From contig JAUVZM010000001.1 in assembly GCA_030602615.1 (NCBI GenBank), positions 5,699-69,698 of the forward strand: DNA of 64,000 nucleotides, read 5' to 3'. Under the pieces are notes generated by a model, which was given only the letters and a program-made list of their open reading frames with translations, did no database searches and was not told the DNA's origin. The first letter of the stretch is position 1. Each line of letters opens with the position of its first letter. The DNA is from a bacterium. GTDB taxonomy: Bacteria > Armatimonadota > Zipacnadia > Zipacnadales > Zipacnadaceae. Shown piece by piece: positions 26,183 through 35,480 of the stretch. The position numbers and the translations under genes are program-made.

Positions 26183-26767
26183 CTACTGCAGCTCAAAAAG
26201 TTCCAGGTTAGGTCGAAGCACTTCCTTCAGCGCACATCTAGCGCGATTCAGCCGCGATTTTACGGTGCCCACCGGGATTCTCAGAATCTGGGCAGTATCC
26301 TTATAAGAGCAGCCCTCGAGATCGTAGAGCACCAGCACCACCCGGTGCTCGGCAGACAACTCCGCGATGGCCTGATGCACCACCCGCTGGCGCTCATTGC
26401 GAGCGACGCGGGCAGCCGGCTCGGTGCGGTCGTCCGGTATACTGCGCTCCTGGGGCTCTTCGTCCTCGTCACTGACAAAGGTCAGGCTAACTGGCTCCTG
26501 GGGTCGATTGCGCAGTTCATCCAGACACACATTCGCTGTGATTCGATACAGCCACGTGGAAAAGGAGGAATCACCGCGAAAGCTGCTCAGCGACCGGAAC
26601 GCTCGTACGAAGGCCGCCTGGGTGGCATCGGCAGCGCCATCCGGGTCGCCGAGCATGCGCAAAGCAGTGTTATAGACACGGGTGTAGTGTTCTTCGACCA
26701 ACAGATCAAAGTTGCTGGTCTCACCCGCCTGACACTCACGAATTATTTCCGATTCGTTGGCCGGCAA
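26183..26767 (-). CDS. ECF RNA polymerase sigma factor (SigW/RpoE-like)
   Basis: AADATQAAFVRAF, SFSTWLYRITAN, GTVKSRLNRAR. Confidence 0.93.
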   Translation of the reverse strand: MPANESEIIRECQAGETSNFDLLVEEHYTRVYNTALRMLGDPDGAADATQAAFVRAFRSLSSFRGDSSFSTWLYRITANVCLDELRNRPQEPVSLTFVSDEDEEPQERSIPDDRTEPAARVARNERQRVVHQAIAELSAEHRVVLVLYDLEGCSYKDTAQILRIPVGTVKSRLNRARCALKEVLRPNLELFELQ

Positions 26768-26813
26768 TATAGTTTGCCTATACTCATGGTAAACAGCGGA
26801 GAAACAACTGTGG

Positions 26814-27599
26814 CTACAGCCTTATTCGCTCAACGCGCTGATCCTCAATATAGACATCCACACGATCCCCCGGCGCGCCAGTCAAATCCACCGCGATCTC
26901 GTCACCGGGGCGATGTATGCGATCGTAGATGGTTTTCACCTGCTGACCACCAGTGAGGGTGATGCGCACGCGCTGGACAATCGGGCCAACCGGCACCACC
27001 ACGCGCAGCTGGCGCAGCAGCAACACCTCTCCATCCGGCCCCACCAGTTGGCCGAAGTTGGGGCCGCCGCTGACAACCAAGCCGACCTTCTCGCCCCGGG
27101 CCAGCTTCCGGCCCGCAGCGGGTTTCTGACCGACAATCTGACCTGCGGGCTGATCGCTATGCCGACGGGTTACCTGCCCCCCCGTCAGTGCTGTATCTGT
27201 GAGGATACGCTTGGCCTCGGTCAATCCCAGCCCGACGAGATTGGGCACAGCGATCTTTCGCTTGCCGCTGCTGATCACCAGTGCCACTCGCCGTCCTGCC
27301 CGTACTCGAGCCAGCGCTCGAGGGGTGCTGCTGACCACCTGTCCCGGGGGAATTTCACCATGATAGTGGTGAGCCGACACATAGCCATCCAGGCCGGCCT
27401 TTGCCAGTCTCTGTATGGCCTCGGCCTCCGGCTGCCCGACCACCTCGGGCACCAGCACCTGCTTGCCCCCGGCCTGCAGCCCCACAATCGAGACCAGCAC
27501 AAAGACGAGGGCAGATATTCCCACAACCGCCAGCATGGTGGCACAGCCACTAAGCCAGGCTCTCACTACCGGATTATTTAACGACAGCCTAGGGAGCAT
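26814..27599 (-). CDS. Membrane-anchored tandem PASTA-domain protein
   Basis: TM helix, then VPEVVG...GQVVSSTP and VPNLVG...GQIVGQKP repeats. Confidence 0.85.
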   Translation of the reverse strand: MLPRLSLNNPVVRAWLSGCATMLAVVGISALVFVLVSIVGLQAGGKQVLVPEVVGQPEAEAIQRLAKAGLDGYVSAHHYHGEIPPGQVVSSTPRALARVRAGRRVALVISSGKRKIAVPNLVGLGLTEAKRILTDTALTGGQVTRRHSDQPAGQIVGQKPAAGRKLARGEKVGLVVSGGPNFGQLVGPDGEVLLLRQLRVVVPVGPIVQRVRITLTGGQQVKTIYDRIHRPGDEIAVDLTGAPGDRVDVYIEDQRVERIRL

Positions 27600-27738
27600 A
27601 CCCCAGCCCTTGGCTTAACCGTAGGATTGTGGACAGGCTACTATTGACGCGCCGCCACTTCATAGTAACGCCAACACCGCGCCGCTGGGACGGGCTTTTT
27701 TCTCTGCCGGCCAATACCAATCCCCAGGGTGATCCCAG

Positions 27739-29379
27739 TTAGCCCAGCAGTCGCTCTATCGCCTCTTGCAAATCAGTAAGCTGAATCTGGTCAGTCAGGA
27801 TGACCTGGCCAATTCGGGACACAACAGGCAGCCGCAGGCGACCGCCCCGCAACTTCTTATCGGCTGACATCGCCGTCCCCGCCTGCCGGGGATCTATCCC
27901 GCTCAGGTCCGGTTGCAAGCCGGCCTGCGTGATCAGTCGCTGCAATCTTTCCACCACATCCGGCTCGCTGAGCTTCTTTTCGACTGCCACTTCACTTTCG
28001 GCAACCATTCCCACCGCAATGGCCTCGCCGTGAGAAAGTTGCCACTGGGGCGCAGCTCGCTCCAGCGCGTGACCGACGGTGTGACCAAAATTCAGCACTG
28101 CCCGCTGGCCCTGCTCAAGGGGGTCAGCCGTCACCACTTCGGCCTTAATCTGACAGTTGCGAGCCAGCACATACTTCAAACAGACCGGATCGCGCTTCTC
28201 CAGCCTTTCGAGGTTCTCCTCCAAGTAACCGAACATGGCTTCGTCGGCAATAGCAGCGTGCTTGATGACCTCCGCCAGTCCCGACTGGAACTGGCTATCG
28301 GAGAGCGTGCTCAGTGTCTCAATATCAACGATGACAGCCTGCGGCTGGTGGAAGGCGCCGACCAGATTCTTAGCCCGTGGCAGATCTACCGCAACTTTGC
28401 CCCCAACGCTAGCGTCCACCTGTGCCAGCAAGGTGGTAGGCACCTGCACAAACTCCAGTCCCCGCATGAAGACGGCAGCAACAAAGCCGGCCAGATCCCC
28501 AACCATCCCTCCGCCCACCGCGAATACCACGCTGCTGCGGTCGAGGCCCGCTTCGGCCAACTGCTCGCACAAACGCCCGGCAGTGGCAAGTGTCTTGCTG
28601 CCTTCACCGCTGGGCACCGCAAACAGATGGGCATCCCAGCCAGCTCGTTCCAGGCTTTCCGCTACCGCTGACGCATACAGCTCCTCCAGATTATCATCAG
28701 TAATGACGGCTGCACGCTGACCCCGTTGATCAGGGGCAGCGATCTCTCCGACTGCCTCCAACAACCTCCTATTAACATAAATTGTATAGCTGTCATCCTC
28801 CAGCTCTACCGGTATCTCAACCGGCCCAGGGGCCAGCAGGCAGCCGCGCGGGTCAGCCCTCATTGCTTCTGCGACGGCCTCCGCAGCCTGCTCGACAGAT
28901 AACTCGTCAGTCGCAATATGGTAGTCAGCCTGCTGGTATGCCGCTTCGCGTTCAGCCAGCAATTGCTGGATCTCTGTCTGTGGATCTGGCTTGTTCAGCA
29001 GAGGGCGCTCACTGCTGGCTGCCGTCCGCTGCATAATCGTCTCCGGGCTCGCCTGCAAGCAGATAATCGGCCCCATCCGGCGCAGCAGCTCGACATTGTC
29101 CTCGCGCAACAGGATCCCCCCGCCTGTGCTGATGATCAGACCACGCTGCCCGGCCAGTTGAGTAAGAATTTCCGTCTCCAGGTCCCGAAAATGCTGTTCA
29201 CCGCGGGTGGCGAATATTTCTGCTATGCTGGTGCCCACTTGCTCCTCGATCATTGCGTCGGTGTCTACGCTCCTCAGCCCCCAGCGTCGGCTCAGCAGCT
29301 CCGCCACTACACTTTTGCCCGTGCCCATAAAACCGGTCAGAATGATCGCCGCGGCGGGCGGTCGAAGGGCGGGAACCAA
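27739..29379 (-). CDS. aroB: Shikimate kinase / 3-dehydroquinate synthase fusion (AroK-AroB)
   Basis: GFMGTGKS and STGGG (AroK); GGGMVGD, VPTTLLAQVDASVGGK, LNFGHTVGH (AroB). Confidence 0.95.
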   Translation of the reverse strand: MVPALRPPAAAIILTGFMGTGKSVVAELLSRRWGLRSVDTDAMIEEQVGTSIAEIFATRGEQHFRDLETEILTQLAGQRGLIISTGGGILLREDNVELLRRMGPIICLQASPETIMQRTAASSERPLLNKPDPQTEIQQLLAEREAAYQQADYHIATDELSVEQAAEAVAEAMRADPRGCLLAPGPVEIPVELEDDSYTIYVNRRLLEAVGEIAAPDQRGQRAAVITDDNLEELYASAVAESLERAGWDAHLFAVPSGEGSKTLATAGRLCEQLAEAGLDRSSVVFAVGGGMVGDLAGFVAAVFMRGLEFVQVPTTLLAQVDASVGGKVAVDLPRAKNLVGAFHQPQAVIVDIETLSTLSDSQFQSGLAEVIKHAAIADEAMFGYLEENLERLEKRDPVCLKYVLARNCQIKAEVVTADPLEQGQRAVLNFGHTVGHALERAAPQWQLSHGEAIAVGMVAESEVAVEKKLSEPDVVERLQRLITQAGLQPDLSGIDPRQAGTAMSADKKLRGGRLRLPVVSRIGQVILTDQIQLTDLQEAIERLLG

Positions 29380-29382
29380 GGC

Positions 29383-30594
29383 CTACACCTCCCCGCCATC
29401 TGGTGGCTGCCACAACTGGCGCAGCCGCTGCCAATATGCCTGCCAGGCCGCCTGCATATCCTGGAGGCTGTCGCCGCCGAACTTCTCCCGCATCGCCTGG
29501 GCCAAAACAAAGCTCACCATCGCCTCTCCAACTACCGACGCAGCAGGCACCGCACAGACATCGGAGCGTTCGGCGTGGGCTGGTTGTGGTTCCAGGCTAG
29601 GCAGCTCAATTGAGGGCAGCGGCTGGGTGAGGGTAGGAATCGGCTTCATCGCCGCCCGCACTACAATCGGCTCACCATTGGAAATCCCACCCTCTGTGCC
29701 ACCAGCGTTATTACTCGTGCGCACGAACGGCCAGCGGCTGTCGACATCGCCAGTCTGGATAGGATCGTGGACCTCAGAGCCGGGTCGGTCGGCCGCAGCC
29801 TTGCCCAAGCCAATTTCCACGCTCTTGATGGCAGGAATGCTCATAACTGCTGCGGCCAGGCGACTGTCTATCCGCTCATGCCACATTGCCGTCGAACCCA
29901 GGCCCGGCGGGACGCCAACTGCACAAATTTCAAACTCCCCGCCCACTGTATCCCCATTCTGGGCGGCCTCGCCAATTGCCTCGCGCATTTGCTGGGCTGC
30001 CTTCTGGTCGCCACACCGTACATCGCTGTCCTCCACTCGCGCCCAGAACTGCTCGTCTGAGGGCAGCGCAGGCTCTGCCCGGATTCCTGCGATATTCACC
30101 ACGCAACTCAACACAGTAATGTCGAACTGTTCCAGGAGTTGCCGGCAGATGGCGCCGATGGCTACCCGCGCTGCCGTCTCGCGAGCACTGGCCCGCTCCA
30201 GCACATTGCGCATATCGCGGTGCCCAAACTTGGCCGCACCGGCCAGGTCTGCGTGCCCCGGTCGCGGCACACTCACCGCCCGCTGGCTGGTGAACTCCCC
30301 CTCAGGTGGGGTGATCGCCATTTCCTGCTCCCAGTTAGGCCAATCGCGATTTTCGATTGTCAGGGCCAGCGGGCTACCCAGCGTCTTGCCGTGGCGCACG
30401 CCACCAGTTATCAGCGCGCGGTCACTTTCGATCTGCATACGCCGGCCGCGTCCGTAACCACCCTGACGGCGGGCCAATTCACCATCTATCCGGCTGATAT
30501 CTACCGGCAGTCCCGCCGGCAAGCCCGTCAGTATCGCAGTAAGCTGACGTCCGTGCGACTCCCCGGCTGTACAGAAGTCAAGTCTGGTAGCCAT
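29383..30594 (-). CDS. aroC: Chorismate synthase
   Basis: TAGESHG, PRPGHADL, ERASARETA, NNAGGTEGGISNG, ERSDVCAVP. Confidence 0.97.
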   Translation of the reverse strand: MATRLDFCTAGESHGRQLTAILTGLPAGLPVDISRIDGELARRQGGYGRGRRMQIESDRALITGGVRHGKTLGSPLALTIENRDWPNWEQEMAITPPEGEFTSQRAVSVPRPGHADLAGAAKFGHRDMRNVLERASARETAARVAIGAICRQLLEQFDITVLSCVVNIAGIRAEPALPSDEQFWARVEDSDVRCGDQKAAQQMREAIGEAAQNGDTVGGEFEICAVGVPPGLGSTAMWHERIDSRLAAAVMSIPAIKSVEIGLGKAAADRPGSEVHDPIQTGDVDSRWPFVRTSNNAGGTEGGISNGEPIVVRAAMKPIPTLTQPLPSIELPSLEPQPAHAERSDVCAVPAASVVGEAMVSFVLAQAMREKFGGDSLQDMQAAWQAYWQRLRQLWQPPDGGEV

Positions 30595-30614
30595 GGTGAT
30601 ACTCTCTTATGCAC

Positions 30615-30643
30615 GAACGGCACAACCCCGGGCTGTGCCGTTC
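30615..30643. terminator. Intergenic hairpin between the secretin gene and aroC
   Basis: GAACGGCACA-ACCCCGGGC-TGTGCCGTTC; no U-tract, so possibly REP-like. Confidence 0.4.
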
Positions 30644-30682
30644 ATAGCGATGTCCAACTGATTGTGGCCGCAGCAGCGAAGC

Positions 30683-32422
30683 CTATTGCCGCGGTATCTC
30701 CCGGAGGATGGTTGGGGTCACAAAGATTAGTAGCTCTGACCTCCGCCGGCTGACAGTGCGCGAGCGGAACAGATTGCCAATTATCGGAAGCGAGTGAAGC
30801 AGAGGTGTCTTGCGGACATTGACGTCCTCGTTGGTCCGGGTAAATCCACCGATAACAATAGTATCTCCATCGGCGACGCGAACCTGGGTGTAGGCCGTCT
30901 GTGTGCTCACGATGGGCAAGTGCTCCCCATTGGGGCCAATCACCGTGCCGACCTGGTCGTCAATTTCCGGCTCCAACCTCAGAACCACCGTATCGTCTTC
31001 CAGGATTCTGGGCGTGACGTATAGCGACTGAGTCACGCTCACCGTCTCTGTCTCAAAATCAACTGTCCGTTGACCGAATTCGTTGTAGCTGACCGTTGCG
31101 TAGAAGTAAGGAATCTCGGTAGTGAAATCAACTGAGGCTTCCATGTTATTCTGAGCCGTCACTCGTGGTGCGTTGATCAGCTCAGCGCGCCCCTCGGTCA
31201 GCAACGTGCGCAGTTCGGCTTCAAATCGCCCCCGGCGGATCCGACCAACGCTGGTGCCCTCTCCCGGGGCAAAGCCCAGATTGAAGAACTCGGCTGATCC
31301 ATCAGCCACGAACCAGTCAATACCAAAAGCCTTATCTCTGCTGGTCTGTACTTCGACGAATCTGGCCTCGATTTGGACTTGCTTCGTGGGCTTATCAAAG
31401 AATGCCAGTATTTCGCGGAACTTGTCAATAGCCTCCTGAGTGCCATGAACCAGCAGCACATTCTGATCCAGAATAGCCAGAGGCGGTTCCATCCCTAATG
31501 GCAGACTTACCCCAGCCCCGCCGCCGTAGCCACCGTAGCCACCGCCACCGTAGCCACCGCGACCACCATATTGCCCTCCACCATATTGCCCTCCACGGCC
31601 ATACTGGCTGCCTCCCCTTCCCCCACCATACATTCCGCCCAATCCAGTGCCCAATCCGCCACCGCCGTACCCGCCATACTGCGGCCACTGCCCAACCCCA
31701 ACGAAGGAAGCCCCCGGCAAGCTCAGGTCACCAGTAAAGGGAAGCGCTCTATCCCTCGGTTGGTCATAAGGACCAGGCCGCAAGGGTACAGTACCTCCCC
31801 CAGCAACCCCACCACCGAACATCCAGGCAGCTTCCGCGGGATCGTAGTACTCGAGCTTGATATGGTCCCAAATCCACTCACCCCCGCTGGTCTGCTGCGG
31901 CACGGGGCTCGACCCTTCTATCTGCCAGGCAGGAATTATGGGGACTTCCGGGGCAACTGCCGGCACGACAGGCAAGTTAGGCAAAGGCGGGCGCACCACC
32001 GTGCGCTCACCGGGTGGTGCTGTACCGTAGGGGGCGAGCGGTATTCCCCCCGGCATCGCACTAGCACCAGAGGGCGATACCACGTAAGTCGTTGGGTCCA
32101 GCTTGTATACCTGGCAGCCGTGGGTCTGCGCGATTAGATACAAAGCTTCCTCGATTGTCTTATCGCGCAGATTCATACTGGCGACGGTGCCGCTGACACC
32201 TTCGTTGATCACTATATCAACGCCAGCAGCACGCCCCAACATGCGCAAGACCTCGCCAATCTCCCCACCTTTAATGTCTAGCTTAATGGGATGGGAGCTT
32301 TCTCCAGCCGTTGCCTGATCAGCCCACGCCAGACCCCCCACACCAAGTACTGACCAAAGAGCTGTCGCGGCGAGTAATAGTGCAAATGTTACCGTTGCGC
32401 GCCTCATTCTCAACTGTTGCAT
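30683..32422 (-). CDS. pilQ: Secretin (PilQ/GspD family) with STN domain and a Gly/Tyr-rich insert
   Basis: Signal peptide, STN, N3 domain, QVQIEARFVEV, APRVTAQNN, IVIGG, PIIGNLFRS, ELLIFVTP. Confidence 0.9.
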   Translation of the reverse strand: MQQLRMRRATVTFALLLAATALWSVLGVGGLAWADQATAGESSHPIKLDIKGGEIGEVLRMLGRAAGVDIVINEGVSGTVASMNLRDKTIEEALYLIAQTHGCQVYKLDPTTYVVSPSGASAMPGGIPLAPYGTAPPGERTVVRPPLPNLPVVPAVAPEVPIIPAWQIEGSSPVPQQTSGGEWIWDHIKLEYYDPAEAAWMFGGGVAGGGTVPLRPGPYDQPRDRALPFTGDLSLPGASFVGVGQWPQYGGYGGGGLGTGLGGMYGGGRGGSQYGRGGQYGGGQYGGRGGYGGGGYGGYGGGAGVSLPLGMEPPLAILDQNVLLVHGTQEAIDKFREILAFFDKPTKQVQIEARFVEVQTSRDKAFGIDWFVADGSAEFFNLGFAPGEGTSVGRIRRGRFEAELRTLLTEGRAELINAPRVTAQNNMEASVDFTTEIPYFYATVSYNEFGQRTVDFETETVSVTQSLYVTPRILEDDTVVLRLEPEIDDQVGTVIGPNGEHLPIVSTQTAYTQVRVADGDTIVIGGFTRTNEDVNVRKTPLLHSLPIIGNLFRSRTVSRRRSELLIFVTPTILREIPRQ

Positions 32423-32537
32423 TGTACCCTCCCATGCTTGCAGCGGACCCGGTACATAGTAATCACGATGCTACGCCCCCATTGCTCCCACTTTCTATCC
32501 GTAGCCGAAGAGGTCTCAATCCGATGCCGCTTCGCTA

Positions 32538-33410
32538 CTAGTAACCATAACCGCCGTAACGGCTGCCGCCGCCATAGCCGCCACCACCATAACCACCACC
32601 GCCGTAACGACTGCCACCGCCATAGCCGCCACCACCATAACCACCACGGCCGCCACCACCATAACCACCACGGCCGCCACCACCATAACCACCACGGCCG
32701 CCACGGCTACCATAGCCACCGCGGCCCCCACCACCATAGCCACCGTACCCGCCACCCCCACCACCCTGGCCGCCGCCCACAGTCCCACCACCGAACATTT
32801 GCGTCACGATGTACGGATCAACAAACCTCAGCGGTATGATGCGAAAAACCATGTCTTCAGGCGAGTAGGTCTGTAGGGCTTGTGTTCCAATCCCGGTTGT
32901 CAGACCCCCGCCCATAAGACCGGTAGCACCAATACCAGGTTGCCGCCCTATCGGCTGAGGCTGAGTGAGACCGAAACCGCTAGAAGCGCCGACATTGACG
33001 CCCGGCGGAGTCGGCCTATACGGCGCGGGTTGCACCATTGCCCCTCCCGTAGCTGTGGGGCGGTAGGTTCTGCCTCCTGCCGCGGTCTGGGCAACTTCCC
33101 GTATGTGCCAGACACCATTTTCGTTGACGCCAGCAAGGTCGGCCGCCCTGAGTATCTGTTGCAGCGCTTCAACCGGCGTCACCTCGGTTAGCGCAAGCGT
33201 TACCGGCCGCGAACCCAGCTCGCCGGGCAACGCGTACTGGATGCCAAACTGCCGCTGCAGCACACTCAGGACGTCGGCGACAGGAGCATCCTTCCACTGC
33301 ACCGAAAGCCGACCCTGATCCTGCTGAGCGTAGCCAATCGCAGGCAACCCCGCTATCATGGTTAGCACTACAACGCTGACTACTAGATAACCTGCCGCAT
33401 GTCTGCTCAT
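32538..33410 (-). CDS. Exported STN + partial secretin-N protein with GGY/RGG tail, no barrel
   Basis: Signal peptide, LSVQWKDAPVADVL...EALQQIL (STN), IIPLRFVDPY, about 80-aa G/Y/R tail. Confidence 0.75.
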   Translation of the reverse strand: MSRHAAGYLVVSVVVLTMIAGLPAIGYAQQDQGRLSVQWKDAPVADVLSVLQRQFGIQYALPGELGSRPVTLALTEVTPVEALQQILRAADLAGVNENGVWHIREVAQTAAGGRTYRPTATGGAMVQPAPYRPTPPGVNVGASSGFGLTQPQPIGRQPGIGATGLMGGGLTTGIGTQALQTYSPEDMVFRIIPLRFVDPYIVTQMFGGGTVGGGQGGGGGGYGGYGGGGRGGYGSRGGRGGYGGGGRGGYGGGGRGGYGGGGYGGGSRYGGGGYGGGGYGGGSRYGGYGY

Positions 33411-33515
33411 TCCGTTCGCCTCCTAAAACTGATCATCCCAATCGCACCATACATCCCCGTTCTTTCTACCAATATTGACGAGTTCGACGGATCAATTGTT
33501 TGCTTCGGTAACTCT

Positions 33516-34226
33516 TTACTTTGTCCTCAACAGGACACGGCGGACCTCGCCGCTAACCACGTTGCTGACCCTGACATAGTCCTGCCCGATTTGCTCGACC
33601 AGCCAGTCATCAACTATATCACCGGGTTGGATACTGCCGGTCTGGCCAGTCCTCATTTCGTAGATGGCCAGAGGCCGGTCGCCCGCCCACATGATACTGC
33701 TGATGCGCATGAACTTGACTTCGCCGACCTCCGGCGCGGCCACTGGTTCAGGCTCAGGCCGCCGTTGGGCTGAGCCGATACCGACGCGACTCGCAAGTGG
33801 CAGCTGATCCCAGTTCGGTCCGTACTTGGTGCTTACCGTTGCTGCTGCAATACCCAGGCCACCAGAAAAAGGATTGGGCTGGGTACTTTCAAAGGGGTCC
33901 CCCTCGAAGATATTCTCTATGGGAGCTGGCGCTGCCTGCATACCCATCCCCATACCCATCATGCCCATCTGACTGGGCATGCCCCTTCCCGGTCCCATGG
34001 GAGCCCCACCTGGGCCTGGTGGGCGCACGCTGCCCGGTCCTATGGGAGCCCCACCTGGGCCTGGTGGGCGCACGCTGCCCGGTCCCGGTATCTGCGGCTG
34101 GGCTTCAGTGGCTACGCTGCCTAGTTGGGTTGCCGGCAACACAACCATCAATAGTAGTGCCAATGCTAGCATCAACGAGCCGAGTCCGCCCGCCACCATA
34201 ATCTTTGTTTTGCGCCTGGTAGACAC
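33516..34226 (-). CDS. PilP/GspC-like pilus alignment protein
   Basis: Follows pilO; N-terminal TM, NPF motif, C-terminal beta domain RISSIM...LAI...IQPGDIVDDWLVEQI. Confidence 0.6.
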   Translation of the reverse strand: MSTRRKTKIMVAGGLGSLMLALALLLMVVLPATQLGSVATEAQPQIPGPGSVRPPGPGGAPIGPGSVRPPGPGGAPMGPGRGMPSQMGMMGMGMGMQAAPAPIENIFEGDPFESTQPNPFSGGLGIAAATVSTKYGPNWDQLPLASRVGIGSAQRRPEPEPVAAPEVGEVKFMRISSIMWAGDRPLAIYEMRTGQTGSIQPGDIVDDWLVEQIGQDYVRVSNVVSGEVRRVLLRTK

Positions 34227-35480
34227 TTATAATCTCCCCCGACTATTGTGATGGACGTATGCTGCCCGGTCCTGTATAGGCCTCTTGTCCGAGTCCGCCT
34301 GGCATCCCGCCTGCCCCACCTGGGCCTGGTGGACGTACGCTGCCCGGTCCTATAGGTCTCTGTCCCGGTCCGCCTGGCATACCGCCTACCCCACCTGGGC
34401 CTGGTGGACGTACGCTGCCCGGTCCTGTATAGGCCTCTTGTCCCAGTCCGCCCATTGCACCCCTGATCCCCGGGCCGCCCATTGCGCCCATCATCCCCGC
34501 TCCGGCCGCTCCGGCTGCCGCCAGACCTGGCGGGACTTCTACCAATAAGTAGATTGTCATGGGCAGAGTTGCACTTATTGTATTACCTTGGCCTGATAAT
34601 GACAAGCCCTCAATCGTAGCAATGCGTGGAAACTCAGGCAATGCTCGATATAGTCTCTCAATCTCGGACAGTGTCCCTTGTATGCCCAGATTGATCTGCG
34701 CCACCCGGTAAAAGCCATTGGGCGGCGGAGCAGGGGGGAGATTAGGGGGAGCGGCGATGCTATCCCCAGAAGTGATCCTCACGCCCTGGTCTCCTACCCA
34801 CTCCTCGATTGTGCCGGCTAGATTCTGTCGCATCTCCGGCCACAAAGAGGCAAACAGAGCCGGCAACGGATGACCAAAAGACAGCTTGATGCTTCGTCTG
34901 TCCATCAGCTTCTGCAGCTTGGTGTCCGCCCCCAGCCAACGTCCCTTCAGGATAGCCAGTTTTTTCTCGACCGAGTCTTTTTGGGCCGCCTTGTCCTGCT
35001 CCTGTTTCAGCTTGGCCTGCAGGTCACTGAGCTCAGCTTGTGCGGGCTTTATCAGCGTGAAAAAGGCGCCCGCAGCAATTCCAACGATCAGAACAAGCAC
35101 GATAGCAATTACAGCAACTGACGGTATTTTGTCCATAATCGCGTCTCCGAGAAATTCGACTATCGGTACTACATTTGTATTACTTGCTACCTATCAAATA
35201 ACCTCAATCGTTTGATCGACTCGGTCTATTCCACCACTACTGACGCTTATGACCCTCGGCCCACTTCGCTACCTCGTGGCGCAGGTCCCGGTCTACCTGC
35301 CGGGCCGCCTGGCATATCGCCTATCTCACCTGGGCGGAACTATGCTGCTCGGTCCTATAGGCCTCTGTCTCGGTTCGCCTGGCATACCGCCTACCCCACC
35401 TGGGCCTGGTGGACGTACGCTGCCCGGTCCTATAGGCATCTGTCCCGGTCCGCCCATTGCGCCCATCATCCCCGCTCCGA
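33990..35480 (-). repeat. Dispersed coding repeat (GPGSVRPPGPGG) shared by pilP, pilO and pilN
   Basis: Five exact peptide copies plus degenerate ones; DNA core CCCCACCTGGGCCTGGTGG(G/A)CG(C/T)ACGCTGCCCGGTCC. Confidence 0.9.
34243..35136 (-). CDS. pilO: Type IV pilus assembly protein PilO-like
   Basis: TM, coiled coil, INLGIQGTLSEIERLYRALPEFPRIATI core; operon position. Confidence 0.75.
   Translation of the reverse strand: MDKIPSVAVIAIVLVLIVGIAAGAFFTLIKPAQAELSDLQAKLKQEQDKAAQKDSVEKKLAILKGRWLGADTKLQKLMDRRSIKLSFGHPLPALFASLWPEMRQNLAGTIEEWVGDQGVRITSGDSIAAPPNLPPAPPPNGFYRVAQINLGIQGTLSEIERLYRALPEFPRIATIEGLSLSGQGNTISATLPMTIYLLVEVPPGLAAAGAAGAGMMGAMGGPGIRGAMGGLGQEAYTGPGSVRPPGPGGVGGMPGGPGQRPIGPGSVRPPGPGGAGGMPGGLGQEAYTGPGSIRPSQ

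Noticed and set aside
32417-32839. His-rich 140-aa + strand ORF suggesting a metal-binding protein
   Set aside because: It is the antisense shadow of the Gly/Tyr codon repeats in 32538-33410.
33990-35480. Repeats of about 36 bp resembling a CRISPR array or DGR template/variable repeats
   Set aside because: They are in-frame coding repeats with repetitive intervening sequence, and there is no cas gene or reverse transcriptase in the window.
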